Source of the DNA: Paraspadella gotoi
Lineage: Eukaryota > Animalia > Chaetognatha
DNA: 64,000 nt
Direction: 5' to 3'
Assembly: GCA_051294375.1 (NCBI GenBank)
Contig: CM119264.1
Location: 17,248,278-17,312,277, forward strand
Positions 1 through 12,490 of this stretch are shown one piece after another. Under the pieces are notes generated by a model. The model worked only from the letters and a program-made list of their open reading frames with translations. It had not been told where the DNA came from and did not search any database. The number at the start of each line of letters is the position of its first letter. Position 1 is the stretch's first letter. The translations under genes were made by a program, and so were the position numbers.

Positions 1-319
1 AGGCGCTATCGTTTGCGAAGAGAAGACTAATAAAAGCGTTTGGTCTCGTCGCCCCGATTTGGACCAATTTTCCCCTTTAAACCAAAAATCTGCACTCTTC
101 AAAACTTTTAACGTATATTTACTTAGTATATTATTTAGTCAATCGCAAAATGGATCATTCAACGACGTCGAACTAATTCAACCCAACCCAACTCAACCCC
201 ATCTCTTAATCCGCCAACCAACGCCACACCTCGTAAATCGCGCCACGTTTTTGCGATTTCCGCCCACCGCAAACGAGATCGGAGGCGCCGAGAAGATAAT
301 CACTTCCTCCGCGCTTGCA

Positions 320-424
<105 letters not shown>

Positions 425-1254
425 AAAATTATTAAAAAAATCGCATCAAGACTGTTGAATACTGAATTATATTTTTTTTTCAAAGTTGCTTCCTAATATT
501 AAGATTTAAATCTGGAATTCATTTTCAAATTAAAAAATTATGAATCATATATTTTTTTAGTTGTGTTGAGTCGTTAGGAAAGTTAGATAGAAAAGTTTTG
601 AAAAGTTACGAAAGTTCTACTTGCCAACCCCAAATTCCTTAGTTAATGTTCTATCTCTCATTCTATGGTTATCCGAAATTTGCAAATTAGTTTCGTCGCT
701 TCGTTTCGCCCGTTTAACCGCAATTCGTCATTTGGCTCGCGTTGCGTCACGGAACGTGGGCGCGACAGAAATCTTTGACAAAAGACGTGTCGAAAATTGC
801 GAAATGCCAGGTCTATTAAAAATTTGTCTTGATCGTAACTTGAGAATTCCCTCTTCTCAAAGTTAAAAGTGGATTCTGACAATTAGACGATTTAGAGAAA
901 TAGTTCTTTGTTGTAGTTTGAAGTAGTTTTTTTGCATTGAATTTGAAACTAAAATTGATTAAAATTCTGCGCACTGTAGTTTCTGGTATGCAAGGTAAGA
1001 AAACAATTTTAACGTCATATCAAAACAAACAAAACAAAAAAAGGCAATGCTGCACTGCAAGATAATTCCCGGTAAAACTAGAGCGGCTCCAGCGCAATGA
1101 AAACTCCGGCAGAATGACGCGATGCAACTAAAACCGCAACAGAATTGAGGTTTGCAAAGAAGCAACGAGCCTTGCGAGGCGCAAATTAAAGAATCCTTTG
1201 CCGTTGGCCTCCAAAAACCAAAGTCCCTAATGATGCCGTTGTTCGGTGCCGCGG

Positions 1255-1373
1255 AAAGAAGCAGGAGATAGGAGCAGGGTGCTGAGGGTGGAAATGGGGC
1301 GTTTCATCAAAGCTGGAAAAAGTAGGGTAAAAGAAAGCAGGAGATAGGAGCAGGGTGCTGAGGGTGGAAGTGG
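1255..1373 (+). repeat. ~76-bp-unit minisatellite, left part (interrupted by the transposon)
   Basis: Repeated unit aagcaggagataggagcagggtgctgagggtggaa(a/g)tggggcgtttcatcaaagctggaaaa. Confidence 0.85.
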
Positions 1374-2690
1374 CACAGTGATCGAAATGAGGTTTTTTTC
1401 TCAGAAAAACTATGCCAATCGTGCAATTAGTTGATTTTTAGTAGGTTGTTATATATGTAAGTAAGTTATATTTAAAAAACTTTATTCGTTACCTTATAAA
1501 ATGGTAAATATGTTTGTATGATTTTTTAAATTTGGTAAAAAGAGAAAATAATTCTACCATGGTTTTTTTGATCATTTCCAGAATTTTTTTTAAATAAAAC
1601 AGTAAAAGACGATTCTAACACTAAATTTCGTATTGAATTAATCAAGTATCTAAATGTTTTTTAGTTTCCATCACAGCTTTCCAGTTTTAAAAATTATTTT
1701 AAATTTCCTTCCACAAAAAAATTTCATGGCCTTATAAATTAGGCGTCATCATAAAAACATGCAATAAAGAGTATTATGGAATTGATGATAAGAAATATGA
1801 TATAAGATGATTCGCACCCACAAGCAACTCAGGATCCCTCAAACCCTTGTCGAAGCAAAGATTTCGTCGAACTGCGATCGCGCGATCTCTCTCGAGATTT
1901 TGTCGCGCGATTTCTTGCGATCGTCGTGTGAAGACATTATGACGAGCGTGAGAATTAAAGTTCGATATGAAAAAGTAGTCATATCGAAGGAAAGTCCGAT
2001 AATATCGAAAAAAGCGCTAAAAATAAGCGAAAGCAACCTGATCACATTGAGCGCGAAAAATAAAGTGACGCGTCCCCGCGCAGCAGCACTTCGACAGAGT
2101 CATTATTTGCTCTTTTTTTTCTCTGTGTTATAATTGTTCTAGTTAAGAACTAAGGTTTTTTTTTTTTTAAAATTAAAAATTTCTTTTTAAAAGAATGTTG
2201 TACAAAATAAATTAGTTGTATCGAATTTTGTAAAAAAAATTATTTCAAAAGTCATTTGGTTATAACTAACCATGCCGGACACGGCGGACAAAAAGTCAAA
2301 TATGGGAGCTTCCTGATATGATGAATCATTAAATGCAGTGGAAATGGCCGTGCTTCCGCGTGCTTCCATATAGACTTTAGGCTAGTATTTGAAAACTTAT
2401 AATACAGTAAAATGCTGTTCAAGCAATTTATAATTCAGTCCATGCAAACTATCCAGTTATTGACAATGAGTAAAAAAAAAATTAGGTTTTTATTGTTAAA
2501 TGTCTACAAATAACAAAACAAAGTGAGCTCCAAAAAAGAAAAGCCTTATATCTCCGATATGAATAATTTTTACAACCCGATATCATAAGACAGTGTTCTT
2601 GTGATACACCTGGACGGATTAAACGAAAATTATTAACATATAGATGTACGCACCTTTTTCCGAGTAAAAAAAAATATTTCGATGACTGTG
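1374..2690. mobile_element. Non-autonomous Transib-like DNA transposon (1317 bp) with ~36-bp imperfect TIRs and AAGTG(G) target-site duplication
   Basis: Left end CACAGTGATCGAAATGAGGTTTTTTTCTCAGAAAAA; right end (reverse complement) CACAGTCATCGAAATATTTTTTTTTACTCGGAAAAA. aagtgg lies at 1368-1373 and 2691-2696. Removing the element restores the flanking minisatellite unit. No transposase ORF was recognised. Confidence 0.75.
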
Positions 2691-2802
2691 AAGTGGGGCG
2701 TTTTCATCAAAGCTGGAAAAAAGGGATAAAAGAAGCAGGAGATAGGAGCAGGGTGCTGAGGGTGGAAGTGGGGGCGTTTCATCAAAGCTGGAAAAGTGGG
2801 GT
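2691..2802 (+). repeat. ~76-bp-unit minisatellite, right part
   Basis: The same unit resumes in register right after the transposon end. Confidence 0.85.
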
Positions 2803-4719
2803 GAAGGAAGAAGGTTAGAGCGAAAGGTGGTATATATGAAGAAAGATGCTTGCGTTAACGATACATACGGCTTATTCAAGTCAGAATAAATATAAAAATA
2901 TAAACAGCAGTATCGTATTTTGCGAAGTTGGCGCAAGAGTAGTTTCCGTCTTGATGGGCTCGAGACGAAACAGGCCTAAATTTCAGACGCTTCGGGGCCT
3001 TGGAGATTGGGCGCCCGCGCTTCTTTTTTCCAACCCTCGTCTTCTTAGGGATTTCATCCGCATTTTCCGTCTAAAAATAATATCCACTTTCCTAATTTTA
3101 ATATTTCCTCATAACCACGAGGTCGTCTTCGGCATTGAACTTTATTTCCGAATTCTAATCAAAGCCTTCGCGTCCTAACTGCTGGTTAATAACTAGTATA
3201 TACGCTTGGACCGCTCCGGCCCACCCTCTCTCCACCCCTTTCTCACGCTGCCGCATTCCCACATTTGCAAAACACGTCGCCGTCTCACCGGAGCTGAGCT
3301 GAGGCTAATTTTCACATTCTTCCCTAATCGTGTCATCTCCCTTTGCCTTTCATCTCGCATCCTCCTCCTCCTCCTCGCCAATACTCTTCCTCCTCCTTCT
3401 CTTCCGTCCCCTCCTCCTCCTCTTATCCTCGACATCCTCCCGTTCCTTCCCCCTCCTCTATCTCGGGCTTCATTGTGGTTCTCTATTGTTATACATCAGC
3501 CAGCATGATGAGATACACAGAGAGAGAACCTGAAACAGAAAGAAAAGGGAAAAGGGGGGAAAGAGAAGAAAAAAAAATTCTCGTTTGAAAATATAAAAGA
3601 ACGAGCGAGCTAAGTTTCTGTAGATGAACGGTTTAAAAAAAAAAAAAGAAAATGAATTTTTATTCTTTGATAACGCAGTGACAGATCAATTGATTAAAAT
3701 TTAGGAACAAGCAAACTTAAAAAAGCAACTTGAAAACATTTAAAACCAGAGTAAAAAAGTCCAAGTTTTTTGTTATGATCACTAATATAGTTAGTATTAA
3801 ATTATTCATTTTGAAACTCGGAATGGTATATTGTTTTATGACCTTTGGTTTGAGTGATTTCTCCCGATTCCATCCGTGTATATTGCATATATTGAAATTG
3901 AAATTAACAAACTTTTTAAAACAAATTTTTATATGGCGTAAATAAAAGTATAAAACTATAAATTCTATCCGACTGAAAAGATACATAACAGAAAAGACAA
4001 GAGAAAGACGTAGACTCTCATATTTTCAGCCGAAGGCAGGAACTGAGTAAAAGAGAAAGAAAGAAAATGGGATAGATGGATAGAGTCAGACACGCCGACA
4101 GAGCGAGAGGGAGACGGAGACAAAAAGCGCGAGAGGGAGCGAAAAACGCGGCGTGAAGGGAAAGACGGGGGGAAGGGGGGGGGGTAATCACCGGCTGAAA
4201 ACCGGAGCGAGGGAACATCAACGACGCAGCCACAGACCCATAACCAAGAAGATGGCGACATGAATGTTTTTCGAAGAAAGGACCGAGAGAAAGAGGATGA
4301 GGAAGAGGAGGAGGAGAAAGAGGTGGAAGGAGGAGGAGACTAAGGAGGAGAAAGGGGAGGGAAAAGGGTGGAGGGGGCGGGTATGAGTAAGACGAGATTG
4401 AGAGAGCGTGTCTCAGTCGGAAACGAGGATTCGATCCAATTTCCCAAAGCCAAAAAAGGTTTACGTTTTTTTTTTACTTAAAAAAAAATTGTTAAAAAAG
4501 AATTTGAGAATTTGTTTTTATTTTATCAAGTGAGACCTGGAAAAGAGAGAGGTAAAAGTAAGAGAAAAATCTTTGGAAAAATGAGAAGCATGAAAGAAAA
4601 AATGGCGAAAGAAAAAATCAAAGAAAGGATGAAAGAAAAAATAAAGAGAGAAAGAAAGAGAGAAAGGAAGAGTTAAAAAAGAAGTAAAAAAACTGAAAAA
4701 AAAACTCAAAGAAAGAATC

Positions 4720-4732
4720 AAAGAAAGAAATA

Positions 4733-4804
<72 letters not shown>

Positions 4805-4824
4805 AAAAAAGAAATAAAGAAAAA

Positions 4825-4856
<32 letters not shown>

Positions 4857-4865
4857 AAAGAAGAG
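4720..4865. repeat. (AAAG)n microsatellite
   Basis: Direct reading. Similar tracts lie at 54760-54878 and, as (CTTT)n, at ~58395-58470. Confidence 0.9.
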
Positions 4866-5727
4866 AAAAAGTAAAAAAAGATAAGCAAGAGAGGAAAAAG
4901 GTTTTAGTAATTCCAGCAGACGATTAGATGTCGTTTTGGGGCCTTTGAGTCGCGCTCCTCGTCTCGATGTTCATTTGTGCGGCGGAGGAGGAAAAAGATT
5001 TTTAAAAGAAGGCGGGAAAACATTTGGCGCCGGAAGCGAGAAACGTCGGTAGCGGCGGAGGAGGCTTATTTCGGCGGCGCGACCGGCGTCGTCCCCATTT
5101 CTCGTTAATTTCGGAGTCGTCCGTGGCTGCACTTACTACTTTACACATCATCATCATCATCATCAGCAGAATCATCATCATCCTCGAAGTCGTCGTCTTA
5201 GTCGTCGTCGTCGTCGTCTACGATGTAATAATTGTTTTAAAGCATTAAAAGACCAATGTCCAATGACTCTTCCGTCCGCCGACATCTCTTTTCAAAAACT
5301 AGTCGGCCACGCATTGCATTAGTCTCCTTACTAATGGCATGAGCTTGGGATTTCTTTTGAATATGGAGCAAAAAATTATAACATAAATATACTAAGAGGA
5401 AACACTAGTCAAAAGTTCTCAGCCATTAAATCGGGTACCGATCTGGTTGTTTGTTAAAAAGGAAATCGGAGTTTGGATGATGCTCATCCTCTTTCGCTCT
5501 TAACCCAAGGGAAGAAGTTAAATGCAGTTTTCTTGGTTTTGTATTCATGATCTCCCGAAGATTTCTTCAATTTTTTTTTTCAGAAAAATTATCTGGCGCG
5601 CACATTTAACTTTTCCGCGAGACGAACCACGATGAAGCATGAAAGATTTCACGCGAGAATTTTGAATTATGACCCATAATTAATCACACTTTATTCTCCG
5701 TGTATTCACTTCCGATTTCGTTAAGAG

Positions 5728-5817
<90 letters not shown>

Positions 5818-6844
5818 CTCTTTTTCTCTCTCTCTCTCTCTCTCTCTTCCTCCTTTTCCCACGATTCATTAATCTTCCTCCTTTTGTGATATATTAGCTT
5901 CGCTCTTTCGCTGCCAAGTAATGATTTCCTTCTGATTCGCCGGTGATGAGCCTAAAACTGGAATTCTGTTTCGACACGAGCCGCAATTAGTCAAACGAGC
6001 TGGTGGCTCTTGCCTTCCTTCCTTGCCTCACGGTTCATTTATTTTGTTTGTATATTTCGGTTTTCATTTAAAGTTCAGGCCTCTTATTTTCCTATTAAAT
6101 GTAATATTTTTTTAAAAATATTTTTGAGCTTGATTAGCAGTTATAAAGAAAAATTCCCCTAATCTATTATTATTTGATAATTTTCGAAATCTGAATTAAA
6201 TAGGCGTTTTGATTGATCATAATTTACACGATATTTATTTTGACGAATTAAGAGTGATTTCACGAATGGGTACAACGGAATAAATGAGTAATACTTCCAA
6301 AATTAAAGAAAAAATTGCAAAAAAAAAAAAAAAAAAAAAAATATGTATGATCACAAATTTTTTTATTAAAAAATTCGACACGAAAAAAAAACTTTGTTTC
6401 TTTCGACATTTTATGCAAACAAGGACTACAAATAAGAAAAAAACATTTCAGTTTTATCCAAGGTTTTATAAAAGTGTAAACCTATGACGTGGCTTCATCG
6501 CGAATAATCTTTTTTTTAAATTTCTAATCGTCACCGATTTAAAAAAAAAAGACAAATTCTTTGTCATCTTGTTTGCAAACAAAGGGTTTCAATTCGATGT
6601 CTCTTTTTCGTCCATAGAAGGTATGAATTACATCCCTCTTATGTAACACGAGACGCGTCTAGCTTGGACCGAGTCGTGGAGTACTATGTTTTTTAGCATA
6701 CCAACAAATTCGGATGACACCGTCGCGTATTCATTTCATGTAAAAAAGTTGGAGCCATTCTTTTTCTTTAATTATTATTTTTTTTTATCCGAAATACTCA
6801 GAACGATAAACCTTGCCCCGTCAAGACAACAAACAGTTGTGTGC

Positions 6845-6850
6845 TTTATT
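6845..6850 (-). terminator. Candidate polyadenylation signal of Sp6-9
   Basis: AATAAA on the minus strand ~370 nt after the stop codon, followed by a GU-rich tract (tgtttgttgtct). Confidence 0.45.
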
Positions 6851-7220
6851 GTACAAATGATACGTCGTTTCGAAAAATCATGTACCCCCCTTGTTGGCTT
6901 ATTTATCACGTATTTGTCGTTTCGTTAGTAGTTCATCTACAATTATACAAATACATCGTGTGTGGCTCTTAGCTTTTAAGTACATACAAATAATAACATT
7001 ATCAATGACTTCGTTAGTAAATGTATGGATGACCAGTATTTAATTCATAATTTTGTTTCCAACAACGACAAGAGTATTCCTAAAAGAAGAGTCTGACATA
7101 AATATTTCGCTAATTCTAGAATCGGGAAAAAAAATTACGATAAAAATGTCCTACCAAACCCCGATTTTTTAAAGCTTCAAAATGTTTTTATCAAGCATCC
7201 CCCAAGCTTTCACCGCCCGC

Positions 7221-7624
7221 CTAATCCCCGTTGCAGTTGTTATTGGAATCCCCGTGACTTCCGGTGGGCGAGACGCCGGGATATCCGGTCGGGCTCGCGT
7301 GCATGCCCGCCTCGAGCCCGCCGGCGGCGTCGTCCTCGTCGCCGGCGTGCTTGTCGGCGGCCGGATCGGCGCCGGATCCGTCGCCCGGCGCCGAGTGAGT
7401 CTTGGTGTGTTTGGAGAGGTGATCCGAGCGCATAAACCGTTTGTTGCAGACAGGACAGGCGAAGCGCTTTTCGCCGGTGTGGGTGCGGAGATGGCGCTGA
7501 AGCTCGTCGGACCGAGTGAAGCGCTTTCCGCAAAACAGCCAGTTGCAGACGAAGGGCCGCTCCCCCGTGTGCCACCGAAGATGGGCCTTCAGATGCGACG
7601 TTTTGTTATAGATCTTGCCGCAGC
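7221..7624 (-). CDS. Sp6-9: Sp6-9 (Sp8/Sp9-like; Drosophila Sp1 orthologue group) transcription factor, last coding exon: most of ZF1, ZF2, ZF3 and C-terminal tail
   Basis: Acceptor cctccag|GC at 7625/7624. Translation (G)[76 protein letters not shown]...NGD*, stop at 7221-7223. The fingers match the Sp8/Sp9 type. Confidence 0.96.
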
Positions 7625-7783
7625 CTGGAGGAAAGGGGAGATGAGCGTATTAATAAAAAATATTGTTTTTAGAGAAAAAAATATAATTATTTAACTATTA
7701 ATCATATTTAATGATTTATTAATGATTATTCTACTTGTTTTTGGTTCCGCTTAATATGTGAATAAGTTACAAGTTTGACTAAC

Positions 7784-9025
7784 CCGGAATGTGACAGCTG
7801 TGAATGTTCTTCTTCCTCAGCGTGGCTCCGGCAGGTCCTAGCCTCTCGGCCTCTTGGCAATTGGGGCAGTCGCAGGTGGCCCGGCCGGTGTAGCGTCGGG
7901 TGGAGCGGGGCGAGGGGTTGGCGGGCAGAGCAGTGCGGGGGGCCAGAGCAAAGGGCGAGCCCATGGAGTGACCTGACATGGCATCTCCCATGGCCGAATG
8001 ATGATGCGCCTGGGGCAGCATCGACTTGTAAGTGTCCTGTAGAAGATTGCCAGTAGAGAAAATACCCGCGGCAGCGGCGGCCGGGTTGGAGCCGGCCAAG
8101 TGCGCCGCCGCCGCAGCGTGCGTGAGCGAGTAATCCGCCGCCGCCGCCGAGGTCGAATGATAAGTCTGCGACGCTGCAGCCGCCGCCGAGATCTGGCCGT
8201 GAAGCTGCGACGAAACCGCCGCGGCGGAGTTGGTCGGGTCCGCCAGCCAATTGCCTGCCGCCGCCTGATGAACGTCCCACCAGGCGTTGACGGAAGGGGC
8301 GGATGGAATCTCGGTCTTTACGGCGGGAGGGAGGGAAGAGGCCGCCGCCGTACCCACGTTGAATGGCCAAGCGTCGTAAGGGTGATGTGCGTGGGGATGA
8401 TGATGGTGGTGACCCGCAACGCCCGTGGCCGCCGCCACCCGCGAATAAACGCTCTGGAGATGTTGATTGTCGGCGTGAACTTTTTGAAGAAACGCCGCCT
8501 GGTGGTGGCTGACGGGAGAGTCGGAACCGGCAACGCCTGATTGGACGCCGACGGCGCCGGGCGACGCCACCGTCGTCGCGTTGCCTGAGAGGTGGGACTG
8601 GACGCCGTTAGCGACGCCGTTGGCGTGGTAGTTGAAGAGATCCGTCGGCGAGTAAGAGTTTGTCGACGACGACATGGAGGAGGAGGAGGAAGGGGCACAC
8701 AAGTTGGAGGAGGAGGAGGACGTTGAGGATGACGAGGAAGACGACGAAGAAGAGGAAGAGGAAGATTGTCCCGAGTACGGCGTCATTGGGCTGCCCGCCC
8801 CGGAAATGCCGACGCCCGGCGAGGTGGACGTCAATTGCTGATGGTGGCGCTGGTGGTGGTGGTGGTGAGGGTGAACGTGGGGAGAGGCATAGTTGGTGGC
8901 GGTGGCGACGGCGGAGGCGGCCATCATGGCGGCGGAGCCCAGGCGCTGCGCTGCGGCGGCCGAGAGAGAGGGGGATGCGGGCGAGGCGGCGGAGGGGCTA
9001 GGGTGTCCAGAGGCAGAGGCGCCCC
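7784..9025 (-). CDS. Sp6-9: Sp6-9 large internal exon (Ala/His/Ser-rich region, Btd box, start of ZF1)
   Basis: Acceptor tttttcttcccag|GG at 9026/9025; donor CCG G|GTTAGT at 7784/7783; both phase 1 and frame-consistent with the neighbouring exons. Contains HPYDAWPF, AWWDVH, LLQDTYKSML and the Btd box RRYTGRATCDCPNCQEAERLGPAGATLRKKNIHSCHIPG (ORF 7779..8927). Confidence 0.95.
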
Positions 9026-9450
9026 CTGGGAAGAAAAAAGAAAATTTGCAATTACTTGTTTCACTATTTTTTTTTTTCTATTTTAATATTTTAATAATTT
9101 TATGAAGGTTTTATTATTTAATCTATATTATTTATTCAAACATATATTGCTTTCTTTTTTAAAAATATTTTATATCTAATAATTCAATTTGGGAAGGGGA
9201 AGTCAGTGTTGTCTTCTGGAAATAGAGGGAGCATCTATACAACACAAGGTTAGATTACTATCTGTCCTAGTTTTCTAATAGATATCACACATCATTTCTG
9301 TTAGAAAGTCATTAATGAAAAATCATAATATCTAAGAGGCTGAACAGAAAGGGGTGGGAATGGATAATTTTTTGAGGGACCAACGTTATATATGTATATT
9401 ATATGTATATTTGTTTATTCATTTTTAGGAGCAATCGGCACGCTACTTAC

Positions 9451-9622
9451 CAGTGTTAAGCGGCGAAGGGTAAGACGTTCCCCCGGGGTGAGCGTATTTC
9501 TTCCAAGGGTGGAACCCTTTCCCCAAAGCCTCGATGTTCGGGGGAGAGGGACTCTTGTTCGGGATTTTGTTGCACTGAGCGGCGAGCATCGCAAGCGGAG
9601 CTCCGGTCACTCGGGTTGGGTC
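9451..9622 (-). CDS. Sp6-9: Sp6-9 Sp-box exon
   Basis: Acceptor ttttcgttttcaag|GAC (phase 0); donor ACT G|GTAAGT (phase 1). Encodes DPTRVTGAPLAMLAAQCNKIPNKSPSPPNIEALGKGFHPWKK..., i.e. the Sp box plus the KGFHPWK motif of Sp6-9. An internal ATG (MLAAQC) lies at 9589. Confidence 0.93.
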
Positions 9623-10141
9623 CTTGAAAACGAAAGAAAAGAACAAAGTTAGTTTTTTTTTTCTCCAGCGAATAAAGATCGACTTTCGGATTGATTTCGA
9701 CGCCTTAATTATACAATCGAAAATCTAATAGTTAGTAGTTAATAGTTGAACCTAATAGTTAATTTAATGGTAATTATAACCCGTAATTATACAAGCGGAA
9801 ACCTAATAGTTAATACTTTTGACCCGTTTCCTCCATTAACAATTTTTTTTTCCCTATTTATCTCTCCCCCTTCTCTTTTTAACTCCTTTCTTCGTCACTT
9901 TCCTCAATCACTTTGGTTTTAATCTTCCCTCGCTTCCTCATAAGAGTAAAACATTTGCTCCTCTTCTTTTTTCCTCCCTTCGTTTTTTTCTCTTTTCCTT
10001 TTTTCCTCCTTTTTTTATTTCCTTCCTTCTCGCTCTACATCTTGAAACAGTTTTTAAGGGCGAGACGAATCGAAAAAAAACGAGCCTCATTTATTTTCCA
10101 TTTCATTTCCTTTTTCCATTTTTTCAAAGAGAGCGCGAGAG

Positions 10142-10188
<47 letters not shown>

Positions 10189-10593
10189 TTCTCACACAAC
10201 GACGCAGGTGTTGCAAAGTGCTATATAACCTGAGAAGGTGTTTCCATCAGGGTAAAAAAGTATGTTTAAGAAACGGGTAACAAAGGGAAAATACATCAAG
10301 ATATCATGAGAGTGGTACTAATTTTCCTTTTCTCTCATTTCAGTGTATCTTCCTGCTTTAATTGATTAAATTTGAAGATCTCTCAATCTGGTCACTAGGT
10401 CAAGGGCTACAATGGACGGCCTCTTTAGTTAATCGGCAGCCGCGAGGGGCGTGCCCTGATTCAAGGGAGGGGCCTTTCCCCGTCCCGGGCGGAGCGTCGT
10501 CGAGGGGGTGAAAGTTTATGTCTGAGAAACGAGCAACCCCGCAGCGATTCCAAAAGGTGGGGTTGAGTTGAGAAGTGGAAAGGGGGTTACAAA

Positions 10594-10624
<31 letters not shown>

Positions 10625-10860
10625 TAAGTCGGAGCTGAGAAGTGAACACACGTTTTGGAGACACCGAAAACGCCAAGAGAACTTCGGGATGAAGGAACAC
10701 AAATGTGGAAAAATGAGGAAAAGAAAAACAAGGAATTAAAGGAGAAAAGAGAAGTAGGAGATCGATCCCTCTTTTACTCGGGACGTTTGTCAACCTCAAA
10801 TATTTGATCAGCCTTTTTACGCCGTTGTAGAGAAACTTCTGCCTAAAGAGGCCGCTAGCA

Positions 10861-10898
<38 letters not shown>

Positions 10899-11765
10899 TG
10901 CTACTCTCTCTCCTCTCTCTCTCTCTCGGTTTTTCGGCTGCCAACAAGCAAAAAAATAAAAGAATAAAACAAATAAAAGAAACTGAAACGAAAAAGTGAA
11001 AAGAAATAGAACGTGAGTCGAAGAAAAAAATCAAATTATTTTTGAGCGAAAAAGTTTTGAATGAGGCTCGGAGTCATGGGACCCTCATCAATCCGTGCGC
11101 CCATGAAAAGACGACTCGGCCGAATGGCGTCCAATTATTTCCTGTTCTTTTCAATTCCCTTCCTATTTTTTTTCTCTCGCTCTCCCTTTCTCTCTCCCTC
11201 ATTCTCGCTCTCTCTCTCTCTCAGTCTCATTTTGTTTCCTTCGTTGCCGCTGCTATTTTTCCCCTTTTTCTTTTTTTTCGTCTTGGTTTCTCAGTTCATT
11301 TGCTTCTGATGAGGGGTTTTAGAAGCCCTTAACTCCGACACAAGGGTCGCTAATTCGTAGGAAGAAAGAGCAGAGAGAGAGAGAGAGGAGAGAAGAGAAG
11401 ACGAGAGAGAGAGAAGAGAGAGAGAGAGACCAGACAGACAGAGAGCAGACAGACAGAGAGAGACAGACGTAGGACAGAGGCCGACAGACGAGGACAACTT
11501 GTTTTAAATTTCAGCTAATACAACGAACCAACTGTTTTTACTTTCATAATTCAAACGATTGCTCTGCCTCTGATTAATAATCTCAATCCGATGTCAACCC
11601 TCCCACACTCAATCCTTATCAATTTTCGAAGAGTTGAAGGTCTCGATTGAACTCGTGACAATTCAGGGCGGAGGAACAAGGATTTTTGATCCTAATTCTG
11701 GCTCCAGTAAAGATAGAAGAGACAAAGAGAGATAGCGGTTGGACAACAAAAAAAGAAACTCGCAA

Positions 11766-11801
<36 letters not shown>

Positions 11802-12490
11802 AAGAAAGAAAGAGACAAAAGAAACTGAGATCACGTAGAAACTTCTCATTTAAGTTAATAACCTCACTTGCGTTTATCAAAAAAAATCCTTAATCCGCCT
11901 ATTTTTTTGTTGTCAGTTTATTTGCTTTTCTTTTGTGCCAATATCTCGCTCTCTCTCTCCTACTCTCTCCAGGTTTGTCCGACGTCAAACAGATTTCCAT
12001 TAGTCGCTTATTTGAAGGCCAAATTGAATAGGGCCTCCCCGGGAAGGATCGAAAGTCTCAACGATTTTAATAGTTCCTTTTAGGTGAAAGAGAAAAGAGC
12101 TTCTAGGAGGGGCACCCCGATTGAGGAAGAGGAAAGCATTGATGATTCGATTCTACTGGCGTTTACAAGTCGCTTCTAACTTTAGATAGTGGCCAATGTT
12201 GAATATCTATTATCTATTATTTTCTGAACTTCACATGCGTAATTAAATATGTAAATTTTTTGACGCTTGGTATCCTCAGTGTATTATGAGGGAAATCCTA
12301 TCGGGTGGCCATCTTTTATTTCCCTGCGAACGATTTGTTTTCTTCTCCCATTATTCGAATATAAACCCAAAGAGGTCTAATCCTAAAACCTCACCCGCCT
12401 CACCCGCCTGTCCCTGCGTCGCGGACCCCCTTCTGAAAATCACCCAGGGTTTCTCACTTTCTCTCCTCCCCTTAGATCCTTCGCCGCCGT

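Noticed and set aside
7182-9105. Plus-strand and alternate-frame ORFs over the Sp exons
   Set aside because: Shadows of GC-rich coding sequence; only the minus-strand frame carries family motifs.
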